Below the pieces are notes generated by a model that was not told the origin of the DNA, searched no databases, and saw only the letters and a program-made list of their open reading frames with translations. The position numbers were made by a program, and so were the translations under genes. A stretch of 64,000 nt of DNA from Leucothrix mucor DSM 2157 (GTDB taxonomy: Bacteria; Pseudomonadota; Gammaproteobacteria; Thiotrichales; Thiotrichaceae), in NCBI RefSeq assembly GCF_000419525.1, contig NZ_ATTE01000001.1:2028655-2092654 (forward strand), in the 5' to 3' direction. Shown here in pieces: positions 31,428 to 40,380 of the stretch; within the stretch, counting starts at the first letter, position 1; every line of letters begins with the position of its first letter.

Positions 31428-32573
31428 TCATTCCAAGCGCACCGTGCTATTCATCAGTCCTTCCAAGCCGCCATACACCTTCAGCTCACAAATATTGCTG
31501 GTAATACTTTCCAGTACTTCCAGCTCTTTCAAGCGCAATAGCACAGGATTACCTTCCATCAATTTGGCCGTATTATGCAGCGAACGCGTGGCCTGAGTTT
31601 CTTCACGACGACGAATCAAATTCGCTTCAGCCTGCTTTTCAGCCGCTACTACTTCAATCAGGATTTCCTTCATATCACCTGGTAACACGATATCTCGCAC
31701 GCCGACCTTTTTCAGGTCAAGGCCATAGGCTGACACACTCTCCAGCACTAGCTCATGCACTTGCTGGTTTAGCAGGTTTTTATCCGCCAACAATTGGTCC
31801 AGCGTTTGAGTCGAGACCACGCTGCGCAATGCCAGCTGCAGTTCACGATACAAAAACGCCTCATGATCTTTAATCGCATCACGGACTTTAATGGCATCCA
31901 ATACCTGCCACGTCGCTGAGACATTAATCCGCAGGCTCACCTTGTCCTTGGTTAAAATCTCCTGACCATTCACCTCCATGGTCTGCAAGCGCATATCCAT
32001 CATCTGCAAACTCACATACGGATTAACCAACCACCAGCCATGCTGGCCTTCTTGCAAAACGGCATGACGCACACCGCTCACCAATAAGAAACCGATATGT
32101 CCTTCCGGCACATAGCCCAGCGTGTACAAGCAAGTCACCAGGTGGCTTTTTAGCAATGGCTCACGGGTTTTCGCCAACTCATCCGCCAAGCTAGCGCTCA
32201 ACAGATAGCTATTGCTGATATCCAACGTGCGAAACTCCAACTCGCGCTTACCTTTCCAATACGCGCCACTACGACCTGGTGCGGCGATGTCTTTAAGCAC
32301 GCCGGCTTCGTAAAACATTCCAATAGCTTGCGGGCCAGTTTCCCAGCTCATCACATGCTCTGTGAATGCCTCCGGGTGCAACTCGACCAAGTGCAATAAA
32401 TCCTGATCGACGCGTCGAAACTCATTACTCACCGCATACTGCTGAATACTGATCTCACCGCGTAAATTCCAATGTTCATAACAGCCCGGCGTTAAAATCG
32501 CCTGAAACTGCTGATTTTTAAACAGCAATCCGCGGTGTGATTCCGGAATAATTGTTTTCATTTTGAATAACAT
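31428..32573 (-). CDS. SPFH/band 7 (stomatin/prohibitin/flotillin-like) domain protein
   Basis: 381 aa. Band-7 core (VSLRINVSATWQV...KKVGVRDIVLPGDMKEI) followed by a coiled-coil region EVVAAEKQAEANLIRRREETQA. Confidence 0.75.
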   Translation of the reverse strand: MLFKMKTIIPESHRGLLFKNQQFQAILTPGCYEHWNLRGEISIQQYAVSNEFRRVDQDLLHLVELHPEAFTEHVMSWETGPQAIGMFYEAGVLKDIAAPGRSGAYWKGKRELEFRTLDISNSYLLSASLADELAKTREPLLKSHLVTCLYTLGYVPEGHIGFLLVSGVRHAVLQEGQHGWWLVNPYVSLQMMDMRLQTMEVNGQEILTKDKVSLRINVSATWQVLDAIKVRDAIKDHEAFLYRELQLALRSVVSTQTLDQLLADKNLLNQQVHELVLESVSAYGLDLKKVGVRDIVLPGDMKEILIEVVAAEKQAEANLIRRREETQATRSLHNTAKLMEGNPVLLRLKELEVLESITSNICELKVYGGLEGLMNSTVRLE

Positions 32574-32860
32574 GCTGCTTCTCCTGCAAAATTCATAAAT
32601 AAAGTCGGCATAGCCTTCACACCTGAACGAGCGTCGATATTTACACTAAACGGGGCTAAGCGCCGGATGCCTCATAACAAGGTATTGACGGTCACTTGCC
32701 GCACTTAATGGACCCATACCAAAGGTCATTCAATGTGCTGGATGCCTGCTCAGTGCCGCCGACTCAGTGTGTTGCCACGCTGCGCCCGCTTTACCTAACA
32801 AACATCCCGAAGGCTATTGCCTAGTGGCCCTTTCGGGCAGTTAAGACAACTGGGAGAGTT

Positions 32861-32935
32861 GTTTTGCTAGTTGGAATCGAACCAACAACCGATTGATGAT
32901 GAGTCAATTGCTCTACCGCTTGAGCTATAACAAAT
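32861..32935 (-). ncRNA. tRNA-like element with CAT anticodon-like loop. It could be a degenerate tRNA-Met/Ile2 or a YrlA-type Y-RNA tRNA-mimic module.
   Basis: The minus strand folds as a cloverleaf: acceptor TTTGTTA/TAGCAAA (one G-U pair), D-stem GCTC/GAGC, anticodon stem ATTGA/TCAAT with loop CTCATCA, T-arm GTTGG-TTCGATT-CCAAC. It is non-canonical: U at position 1, C at position 37 and no encoded CCA. It sits between a sigma-54 promoter and the SPFH gene. Confidence 0.5.
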
Positions 32936-33067
32936 TGCCGTGCTTTTCGCACAGCGTGCTATGACCCTACACAGCCGATACACAGCCACTTTCAGAGAAA
33001 GCCTGTGTCAGGCAGGTATACAGAACCTGCTCCGCTGGCCAATGCAGTTAACAGTCATAAATAATCT

Positions 33068-33086
33068 ATTGCACGGCACGTGCCAA
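33068..33086 (-). promoter_or_regulatory. Sigma-54 (-24/-12) promoter divergent from rtcR, embedded in the palindrome GGCACGTGCC
   Basis: Minus strand reads TTGGCACG-TGCC-GTGCAAT. GG and GC elements have the correct spacing (TGGCACG-N4-TTGCA consensus) with one mismatch. It lies about 150 nt upstream of the rtcR start, on the opposite strand. Confidence 0.55.
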
Positions 33087-33238
33087 CTTTAGAATTAAAA
33101 TCATAAATAACTGAAAATTAAGGATTATTTATTTTTCATCCTCGAAAGGCCAAAACACCAAAATTGAACTAATTATTTTTTCAGATAAATTTATACGGTT
33201 TTAGATATACTGAATTAAATCGAACTTAGGGTTACATT

Positions 33239-34843
33239 ATGACCAGTAACGTCATCATCAGTATTTTGGGTAGTAAGCTTGATCATCGTGGCTTTGGTCA
33301 GAAGCGATTTGAACGCTGGCGACCCAATGTTGCACTAGCTCAGCACCCTGAGTTACCCATTGATGAGTTTATTCTGCTGTATCACCCCGACCATGAAGCG
33401 CTGGCTAAATTAACGCTGGGAGATATCAAAGAGGTGTCGCCTAGCACCAAGCTCACCGGTATTACGCTTAATATCGACGACCCTTGGAATTTTGAGCAGG
33501 TGTATGGCGAGCTGCACGATGTGATGAAGCGCATCTCTTTCGACCCTGAAAATCACAATTACTACACGCACATCACTACCGGTACGCATGTCGCGCAGAT
33601 CTGTTTGTACCTGTTAACCGAGGCGCGCTTTATTCCCGGTAAGTTACTGCAATCCTCACCACTCAAAGAAGGCAATGGCGGCTCTTATCAAATTATTGAT
33701 TTGGATTTATCCTGCTATGATCAAATTGCGTCACGCTTTGCGGCCGAGGCGCGCCAAGGGGTTGACCATTTAAAAGGCGGCATCCAAACCCGCAATGCCG
33801 CTTTTAATAAAATGATGGCGCAGCTGGAGCAGGTATCGATTCGCTCGACCGCACCGATTTTACTCACTGGCCCGACCGGTGCCGGTAAATCGCAATTGGC
33901 GCGTCGTATTTATGCACTGAAGCAGAAGCGCGGTTTGGTCAGCGCTGATCTGGTGGAAGTTAACTGCGCGACCTTACGCGGCGACAATGCTATGTCCGCG
34001 CTATTTGGCCATGTAAAAGGGGCCTTTACCGGTGCCTTAAATGCGCGTACCGGCCTGCTGCGTGAAGCCAATAAAGGTCTGTTATTTCTCGATGAAATTG
34101 GCGAGCTGGGGCTGGATGAGCAGGCCATGTTACTACGGGCGATTGAGGATAAGGTCTTTATGCCGCTGGGCTCCGATCGCAATATCAGTAGCGATTTTCA
34201 ACTGATTGCCGGCACCAATCGCAACCTATTCCAACGCGTTAGCGAAGGCTTGTTCCGCGAAGATTTACTGGCGCGTATCAATCTTTGGACCTATGAAATC
34301 CCCTCGCTAAAAGCGCGGCAGGAAGATTTAGACCCCAATATCGACTATGAACTGCAGCAGTTCACCCATAAAGCGGGCCACAATGTGCGCTTCAATAAAA
34401 CTGCGCGCAAGCAATACCTTGATTTTGCCCACTCCGGCGAAGCCAGCTGGCGCGCCAATTTCCGCGATTTAAACTCCAGCATGACGCGCATGGCGACACT
34501 GGCCAGCGGTGGGCGCATTACCGAAGCAATCATTGCCGATGAAATCGTACGCTTGCAATCAGACTGGGCAAACCATGAAACAAAAGCTTCAGGCAGCACC
34601 TCGGTAGCTGACACTCTGCAAAGCATTTTATCCGATGCGGCAATTGCCGAAATCGACCTGTTTGATCACGCACAACTGGCCCATGTCATCGAAATTTGTC
34701 GCGGTAGTAAAAGCATGGCCGAGGCCGGTCGTAAACTGTTTAATGTGAGCCGAGAGCGCCGTAGCAGCAGCAATGACAGCAACCGGCTCAAAGTCTATCT
34801 CAACAAATTTGACTTAGAGTTTAAGCAGCTCACGGCCAACTGA
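33239..34843 (+). CDS. rtcR: Sigma-54-dependent transcriptional activator RtcR (N-terminal CARF-like domain + AAA+ + HTH)
   Basis: 534 aa. It is near-collinear with E. coli RtcR across all domains (WRPNV, HITTGTHVAQIC, LLTGPTGAGKSQLARRI, VEVNCATLRGDNAMSALFGHVKGAFTGA, GNFRDL). Confidence 0.9.
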   Translation: MTSNVIISILGSKLDHRGFGQKRFERWRPNVALAQHPELPIDEFILLYHPDHEALAKLTLGDIKEVSPSTKLTGITLNIDDPWNFEQVYGELHDVMKRISFDPENHNYYTHITTGTHVAQICLYLLTEARFIPGKLLQSSPLKEGNGGSYQIIDLDLSCYDQIASRFAAEARQGVDHLKGGIQTRNAAFNKMMAQLEQVSIRSTAPILLTGPTGAGKSQLARRIYALKQKRGLVSADLVEVNCATLRGDNAMSALFGHVKGAFTGALNARTGLLREANKGLLFLDEIGELGLDEQAMLLRAIEDKVFMPLGSDRNISSDFQLIAGTNRNLFQRVSEGLFREDLLARINLWTYEIPSLKARQEDLDPNIDYELQQFTHKAGHNVRFNKTARKQYLDFAHSGEASWRANFRDLNSSMTRMATLASGGRITEAIIADEIVRLQSDWANHETKASGSTSVADTLQSILSDAAIAEIDLFDHAQLAHVIEICRGSKSMAEAGRKLFNVSRERRSSSNDSNRLKVYLNKFDLEFKQLTAN

Positions 34844-34938
34844 TATAAACCGCCACAAGAATTGCTCATTTAAGTCAATTCTGATAATTTGACGACGAAA
34901 ACCAATACGTATTTACAGTTTCCGAGCGTCTATAACCT

Positions 34939-35988
34939 ATGGCTACTTTGAAAGACATCTCCCGTCACCTCAATTTGTCGGTGACAACTATTAGCCGTGC
35001 GCTAAATGGCTTTCCCGAAGTCAACGAGGAGACTCGTCTACTGGTTGTAAAAACAGCAGCGGCGATGAACTATCGTCCGAATCAATTTGCACAGAAGTTA
35101 GTCACCGGCCGCTCGGGCATGGTGTGCATGATTATTCAGGCCTCACCGGATTTGTCCGCCAATATTCACTTTATGGAGGTGGTCACCGGCTTATCGCAGT
35201 ATTTCTCCGCGCACGGCATGCACTTTATTTTGCATGTGAGTACCGAATTTGATGTGCTTGCACCGTATCGTTCAATGACTGCTGGCAATTTGATGGATGG
35301 CTACATCCTCACGCACCCGACTCCAAATGATCCTCGGGTTGAATTTTTGCGTGGAAAAAATGTGCCATTCGTTATGCATGGCCGCTTGGATGAAGACAGC
35401 GACTATCCGTATTATGATATTGAGAACTATGGGGTGTCCCGACAGGCGACCGAGTACTTATTATCAATAGGCCACCAACGAATCACTCTACTCAATGGGC
35501 CTGCGGAATTAAGCTTTGCCAAGCAACGAAAAGCGGGCTTTTTAGATGCGATGAGTGCATCCGATATGAGTGATGCGGATATTATCGATGACATGAGCGG
35601 GGTGCAGGTACATCACGGGCAGATGACTGAAGAGTTCGGCCACCGCACTGCCAAAGCGGTTCTTTCCAGAAGCAATACTATTCGTCCCTCGGCCATTATC
35701 TGTTCTAATATTTTAATTGCCGAAGGCGTATATGAAGCCGCAAAAGAAATGGGCTTGAAAATTCCGGAAGACCTTTCGGTGATCGCACACGATGATGACA
35801 TTCCATTACATCGGGCTAATGAAATGAAACCACCGCTCTCAGTGACCCACTCCGCTTTGCGCGAGGCACTGGAGCCACTGGCCAATATTTTAATGCGCCG
35901 AATTAAAAGTGAAGAGTCGATTAAGAGCTTGCAAGAAGTGGCGCCTACCAAGCTAATTATTCGAGAATCAACGCGCTTGCTTTTCTAA
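34939..35988 (+). CDS. LacI family transcriptional regulator
   Basis: 349 aa. N-terminal HTH (ATLKDISRHLNLSVTTISRALNG) and a periplasmic-binding-protein-like sugar-binding domain. Confidence 0.8.
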   Translation: MATLKDISRHLNLSVTTISRALNGFPEVNEETRLLVVKTAAAMNYRPNQFAQKLVTGRSGMVCMIIQASPDLSANIHFMEVVTGLSQYFSAHGMHFILHVSTEFDVLAPYRSMTAGNLMDGYILTHPTPNDPRVEFLRGKNVPFVMHGRLDEDSDYPYYDIENYGVSRQATEYLLSIGHQRITLLNGPAELSFAKQRKAGFLDAMSASDMSDADIIDDMSGVQVHHGQMTEEFGHRTAKAVLSRSNTIRPSAIICSNILIAEGVYEAAKEMGLKIPEDLSVIAHDDDIPLHRANEMKPPLSVTHSALREALEPLANILMRRIKSEESIKSLQEVAPTKLIIRESTRLLF

Positions 35989-36831
35989 GATCACCAAAGC
36001 AATACCGCCCAGTATCGCGACACTGGCTAAGGCCATGCGTAGCGTTAGCGGCTCAGATAACAGAATAACACCACCAATTGCAGCAATCACCGGCACACTC
36101 AGCTGCACGGTCGCAGCGGTGGTGGATTTCAGCAGCGGCAAAGCGGTATACCAAATCGCATAGCCCACACCCGATGCCAGCGCTCCAGAAGCAATTGCAT
36201 AGCCGACTCCGGCCATATCCAGCGACCAGTAGGAATACATCAAAGCACTTAGCAGCAAAGCCAATGGCACAGAGCGCAGGAAGTTGCCAGCCGTGACCAC
36301 CGTCGCATCGCCCGCACCACGGCCACGTAAAGAATACACACCCCACGCCACACCAGCGCCCAACATCAGCACCGAGCCAAATAATGGTGGCGACTCAAGC
36401 CCCGGCAGCATCAAACCGATCAGCCCGCCAAAAGCCATTAACAAGCCTATCAACTGAATGCCCCGCAAGCGCTCGCCACGGTAAATACCATAGCCAATCA
36501 TCGTGACTTGCACCGCGCCAAATAACAGTAGCGCACCAGTACCCGCCACCAAACTCACATAGGCATAAGAGAAGCCAGCAGCATAAGCAAATAACGCCAA
36601 CGCCGACCACCAATTGCCGCCAACAGCATTTTGCCCAGCACCCTTATCTTCTGCACGACTGGCCCGCAAGCGCACAATTAACCACAACACTAAGGCACCG
36701 GCGATCAAGCGAATCGAGGTAAAACTCGCCGCATCAATCTCAGTTTGATTGAGCGCTGCGCGACAGAGCAATGAGTTACCGGCAAATGCCGTCATTGCCA
36801 TTACAGTGAGTGTGAGCGCCTGGGAATTCAT
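35968..36831 (-). CDS. EamA/DMT family transporter
   Basis: About 287 aa with 10 TM segments and two EamA repeats. Start is placed at MNSQAL (the ORF-track start at 36876 would overlap the upstream gene). Confidence 0.6.
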   Translation of the reverse strand: MNSQALTLTVMAMTAFAGNSLLCRAALNQTEIDAASFTSIRLIAGALVLWLIVRLRASRAEDKGAGQNAVGGNWWSALALFAYAAGFSYAYVSLVAGTGALLLFGAVQVTMIGYGIYRGERLRGIQLIGLLMAFGGLIGLMLPGLESPPLFGSVLMLGAGVAWGVYSLRGRGAGDATVVTAGNFLRSVPLALLLSALMYSYWSLDMAGVGYAIASGALASGVGYAIWYTALPLLKSTTAATVQLSVPVIAAIGGVILLSEPLTLRMALASVAILGGIALVILEKQAR

Positions 36832-38087
36832 TCTGGTTCCGCCCAACGAATCAGCCATAACGCACCCAAGCCACATATCAGGAAGCCCATCACTAATGGC
36901 ATTACCGAGTTATCGTAAAACATACCGATGGCAATCCCGAGTGGCACCGAAACTAGCGTCGATAAGGAACCCACGACTGCTGCACCAATCCCCGCAATAT
37001 GCCCTAATGGCTCCATCGCCATGGTGTTCAAGTTACCGAATAACATTCCCATGCAGAACAAAATCGCCACCAGATAGGCCATAAACAACAACAGCGGCGG
37101 ATTGCCATCAGTCAGATACACCGGCAACAAAAACACGAGCGATAATCCAATCACGCCCAACATGGCACAGCGCGATAAAAAGCGCATGCCAAACTGCATA
37201 ACGAGCTTGGAGTTCACAAAAGAGGCCACACCAATCGCCAATGCCAATACCGCAAAATACAGCGAGAACTGCGCGCCTAAGCCGTATTGCTCCTGTAAAA
37301 CAGGCTGCGCGGTGCTTAAGTAGGTTAAAAACGGCCCGGAAACCATACCAACCGCGAGGGTATAACCCAATGCCGCACGGATTCTGCAGACCTCAATAAG
37401 CCCTAACCACACTTGCTTAAACGAGAATGGCTTGCGGTTTTCAGGAGCCAGCGTTTCCGGCTGTCGTATGGAGAACCACAGCGTTAAGATAAGCGCTAAC
37501 CCTAAAAACGAGCCGAAAATGCTACGCCAGTCCGCGATATACAGCACCAGTTGGCCAAGCGCCGGTGCTAACATCGGCACCAAAATAAACACCATCATGA
37601 TGAGTGACATGACGCGAGCCATAGCACGGCCTTCATATTCATCACGAATCAGCGCCATCGGCACCACGCGCGGCGCAGAAGCCCCAACCCCCTGCAATAC
37701 GCGCCCAATCAGCATCGTATTGAAATCAGTCGCAAAAATAGACAGCAAACAGCCCAGCATGAAAACCGTCATGCCCGCATACAAGGCGACTTTACGACCA
37801 AAGCTATCCGACATTGGCCCAAATAATAGTTGACCAAATGCCATCCCCAAAAACACCATGGAGACAATCAACTGAGTATGGTTAGGGTCGGCGATGGCCA
37901 AGTCCTGACCGATAGCCGGTAAGGCGGGCAACATGCCATCAATGGTTAGCGCAACCAAGGAAGTAGTCAGGGCCATTAATGCGATGAATTCCACAAATGG
38001 CAGCCGTTGAGACGGGGAGAATAATTTCACAATTTTAGTATCTGCTAAAATTCTGCTGATCATAACAACCTTGGAAAAGAACAGCAA
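36828..38087 (-). CDS. MFS transporter, Bcr/CflA drug-efflux subfamily
   Basis: 419 aa with 12 TM segments. MFS motif A region GPMSDSFGRK. Confidence 0.7.
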   Translation of the reverse strand: MLFFSKVVMISRILADTKIVKLFSPSQRLPFVEFIALMALTTSLVALTIDGMLPALPAIGQDLAIADPNHTQLIVSMVFLGMAFGQLLFGPMSDSFGRKVALYAGMTVFMLGCLLSIFATDFNTMLIGRVLQGVGASAPRVVPMALIRDEYEGRAMARVMSLIMMVFILVPMLAPALGQLVLYIADWRSIFGSFLGLALILTLWFSIRQPETLAPENRKPFSFKQVWLGLIEVCRIRAALGYTLAVGMVSGPFLTYLSTAQPVLQEQYGLGAQFSLYFAVLALAIGVASFVNSKLVMQFGMRFLSRCAMLGVIGLSLVFLLPVYLTDGNPPLLLFMAYLVAILFCMGMLFGNLNTMAMEPLGHIAGIGAAVVGSLSTLVSVPLGIAIGMFYDNSVMPLVMGFLICGLGALWLIRWAEPE

Positions 38088-38173
38088 AATGTTATGCTAC
38101 TGAAATAAACACTGGTTAGTATCCACCGTTTCTCCCAAAAATATCGCTAAAAAACAAATAAGGAAATGCGCTA

Positions 38174-39544
38174 ATGAGTCAAGACGTTATTGATGCCAAA
38201 GTCTCCCCTACTCGCCACCTCGGCGTTTTATCAAAAATGGAAGTCAACCGCCTGCTAGATCGCAGTAAGGGTGATGTGTATCGTTTGTATCGCAACTGTT
38301 CACTGGCAGTGCTGAACTACGGCGACTTTTCCGATGATGCCGAAGCGCTCATGCAGCGCTTTGCAGACTTTGACATCAACATAATCTCGCAAGAGCGCGG
38401 GATTAAACTGGAGCTAAGCAATGCTCCCGCCAATGCTTTTGTGGATGGCGTGATGATTAAGGGTGTTAACGAGCACCTGTTCTCCGTTCTGCGCGACGTG
38501 GTTTACATCAACGATGTGATTTTGGATAACCCAAAATTTGATCTGAATAATTCGGACCTCATTACCGATGCCGTCTTCCATATTATGCGCAATGCGGATG
38601 TGTTGCGTCCCGGCCTGAGCCCTCAGTTAGTGGTTTGCTGGGGTGGTCACTCGATTTCCCGTTTGGAATATGACTACACCAAAGAAGTCGGCTACCAGAT
38701 GGGTTTGCGTGGCTTAGACATTTGTACCGGCTGCGGCCCTGGCGCCATGAAAGGCCCAATGAAAGGGGCTACAGTTGGTCATGCCAAGCAGCGTAATGTC
38801 GATGGTCAGTACCTGGGTATTACCGAGCCTGGCATTATTGCCGCTGAATCGCCAAACCCCATCGTGAATGAGCTGGTGATTATGCCGGACATTGAGAAGC
38901 GTCTGGAAGCATTCGTGCGCACCGGTCACGGTATTGTGGTATTCCCTGGTGGCGTGGGTACGGCGGAAGAGATTCTGTATATTTTGGGTATTTTATTGCA
39001 CCCGGATAATCAGGATATTCCATTCCCATTGGTGTTCAGTGCACCGGCGACCTCAAAAGATTACTTCACTCAAATCGATGAATTCATTGGTGCCACGCTG
39101 GGTAAAAAAGCGCAGTCGTTATATGAAATCGTGATTGATGATCCGGTCAAAGTCTCACGCATTATGACGGAAGGCATGCAGGAAGTGCGCGCTTACCGTA
39201 AAGCCAATGGCGATGCTTATTACTTCAACTGGATGCTTAAGATCGATAAGATTTTCCAGCACCCGTTTGAGCCCACGCATGAGAATATGCGCAATCTGCA
39301 ACTGCATAAGAATCAGGAAAGCCATGTACTGGCCGGTGCGCTTCGCCAAATGTTCTCCGGTATTGTTTCCGGTAACGTAAAGGAAGATGGCCTGAGAGCG
39401 ATTAAAGAGCACGGCAAATTCGAGATTCAAGGTGATCCGGATATTATGCAGCGCATGGATGCCATGCTGACCTCATTCATCGCCCAAAAGCGCATGAAAA
39501 TTGATTCAGCAGAGTATGTGCCTTGCTACACCTTAGTTAAATAG
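38174..39544 (+). CDS. ppnN: Nucleotide 5'-monophosphate nucleosidase PpnN (LOG family)
   Basis: 456 aa, collinear with E. coli PpnN/YgdH (VVCWGGHSI, CTGCGPGAM, PGGVGTAEE, NMRNLQLH). Confidence 0.85.
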   Translation: MSQDVIDAKVSPTRHLGVLSKMEVNRLLDRSKGDVYRLYRNCSLAVLNYGDFSDDAEALMQRFADFDINIISQERGIKLELSNAPANAFVDGVMIKGVNEHLFSVLRDVVYINDVILDNPKFDLNNSDLITDAVFHIMRNADVLRPGLSPQLVVCWGGHSISRLEYDYTKEVGYQMGLRGLDICTGCGPGAMKGPMKGATVGHAKQRNVDGQYLGITEPGIIAAESPNPIVNELVIMPDIEKRLEAFVRTGHGIVVFPGGVGTAEEILYILGILLHPDNQDIPFPLVFSAPATSKDYFTQIDEFIGATLGKKAQSLYEIVIDDPVKVSRIMTEGMQEVRAYRKANGDAYYFNWMLKIDKIFQHPFEPTHENMRNLQLHKNQESHVLAGALRQMFSGIVSGNVKEDGLRAIKEHGKFEIQGDPDIMQRMDAMLTSFIAQKRMKIDSAEYVPCYTLVK

Positions 39545-39608
39545 GTCGGTACTGCACATCTAGCCACTTAAGTGAGTCTGGATTTAAACCATGCTCGCTT
39601 GGGTCAAG

Positions 39609-40247
39609 CTAACGTTTATCAGGCTCACTAGCCACCAATACACTATCTAAATAGATATCCAGCAAGGCTTGACCGTCTTGCTGGAGGTCGACCGGGCTGC
39701 ACGTCTCAAGATGGTGATGAATCAGTCCAAATAAATAGCTCAATAAACCACTCGCTAAGGCTTCATTACTCAAGCTCGAACGCAACAAATTCAAGCTACG
39801 TAACTGCCCAAACGCCCCACTCAATCCCGTCCAATAATCCGACTGCTTCTCCATTAAAAACTGATTTAATGGCGTTTTTGCGTCACTAAACTCGATGCAG
39901 TGCATTAATATACGTAAGGATTGTGTGTATTTCGGGTCATTCAATACGTGATCCAGCACGCCTTTTATCGTAAACCTAAAATCCGCTTCTGCCTTTTCCG
40001 GCGCTAAGCTACTCAGGCTTTTCATAAACGCCGCATGCGCCTCGCCCGCCCCTTCCTGCCAGAGCGATTTGATAATGTCGTCTTTATTATCAAAGTGCCA
40101 ATACACCGCACCCCGCGTCATACCGGCATGCTCAGCAATTTTGTTTAAGGTCGTGCCTGCAACACCTTGCTCAATAAACAACTGAGAGGCAGAGTCCAAT
40201 AACTTTTGATAGGTGATTTGTTTATCTGTTTCGGTTTTTCTGGCCAT
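39609..40247 (-). CDS. TetR/AcrR family transcriptional regulator
   Basis: 212 aa. N-terminal TetR HTH (GVAGTTLNKIAEHAGMTRGAVYWHF). It is divergent from the RND efflux genes. Confidence 0.75.
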   Translation of the reverse strand: MARKTETDKQITYQKLLDSASQLFIEQGVAGTTLNKIAEHAGMTRGAVYWHFDNKDDIIKSLWQEGAGEAHAAFMKSLSSLAPEKAEADFRFTIKGVLDHVLNDPKYTQSLRILMHCIEFSDAKTPLNQFLMEKQSDYWTGLSGAFGQLRSLNLLRSSLSNEALASGLLSYLFGLIHHHLETCSPVDLQQDGQALLDIYLDSVLVASEPDKR

Positions 40248-40380
40248 GTAGCATTAGCTTTAATTGCGAGGGGGATGAAGGATTGTATACCGCTTCCAGA
40301 TAAGTCGCACTAGTTAACATACAAGCACGTATGTATAATCGACTGCTCTATTGAACATGCTACCTGCTTGAGACCTGATA

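Noticed and set aside
21200-32600. Integrase/transposase or IS element associated with the low-GC cassette
   Set aside because: No ORF in the region shows recombinase, DDE or tyrosine-integrase motifs, so none is reported.
32861-32935. Calling this element a bona fide tRNA-Met gene
   Set aside because: U at position 1, C at position 37 and no encoded CCA are all atypical for a functional elongator or initiator tRNA-Met. It is kept as a tRNA-like ncRNA instead.
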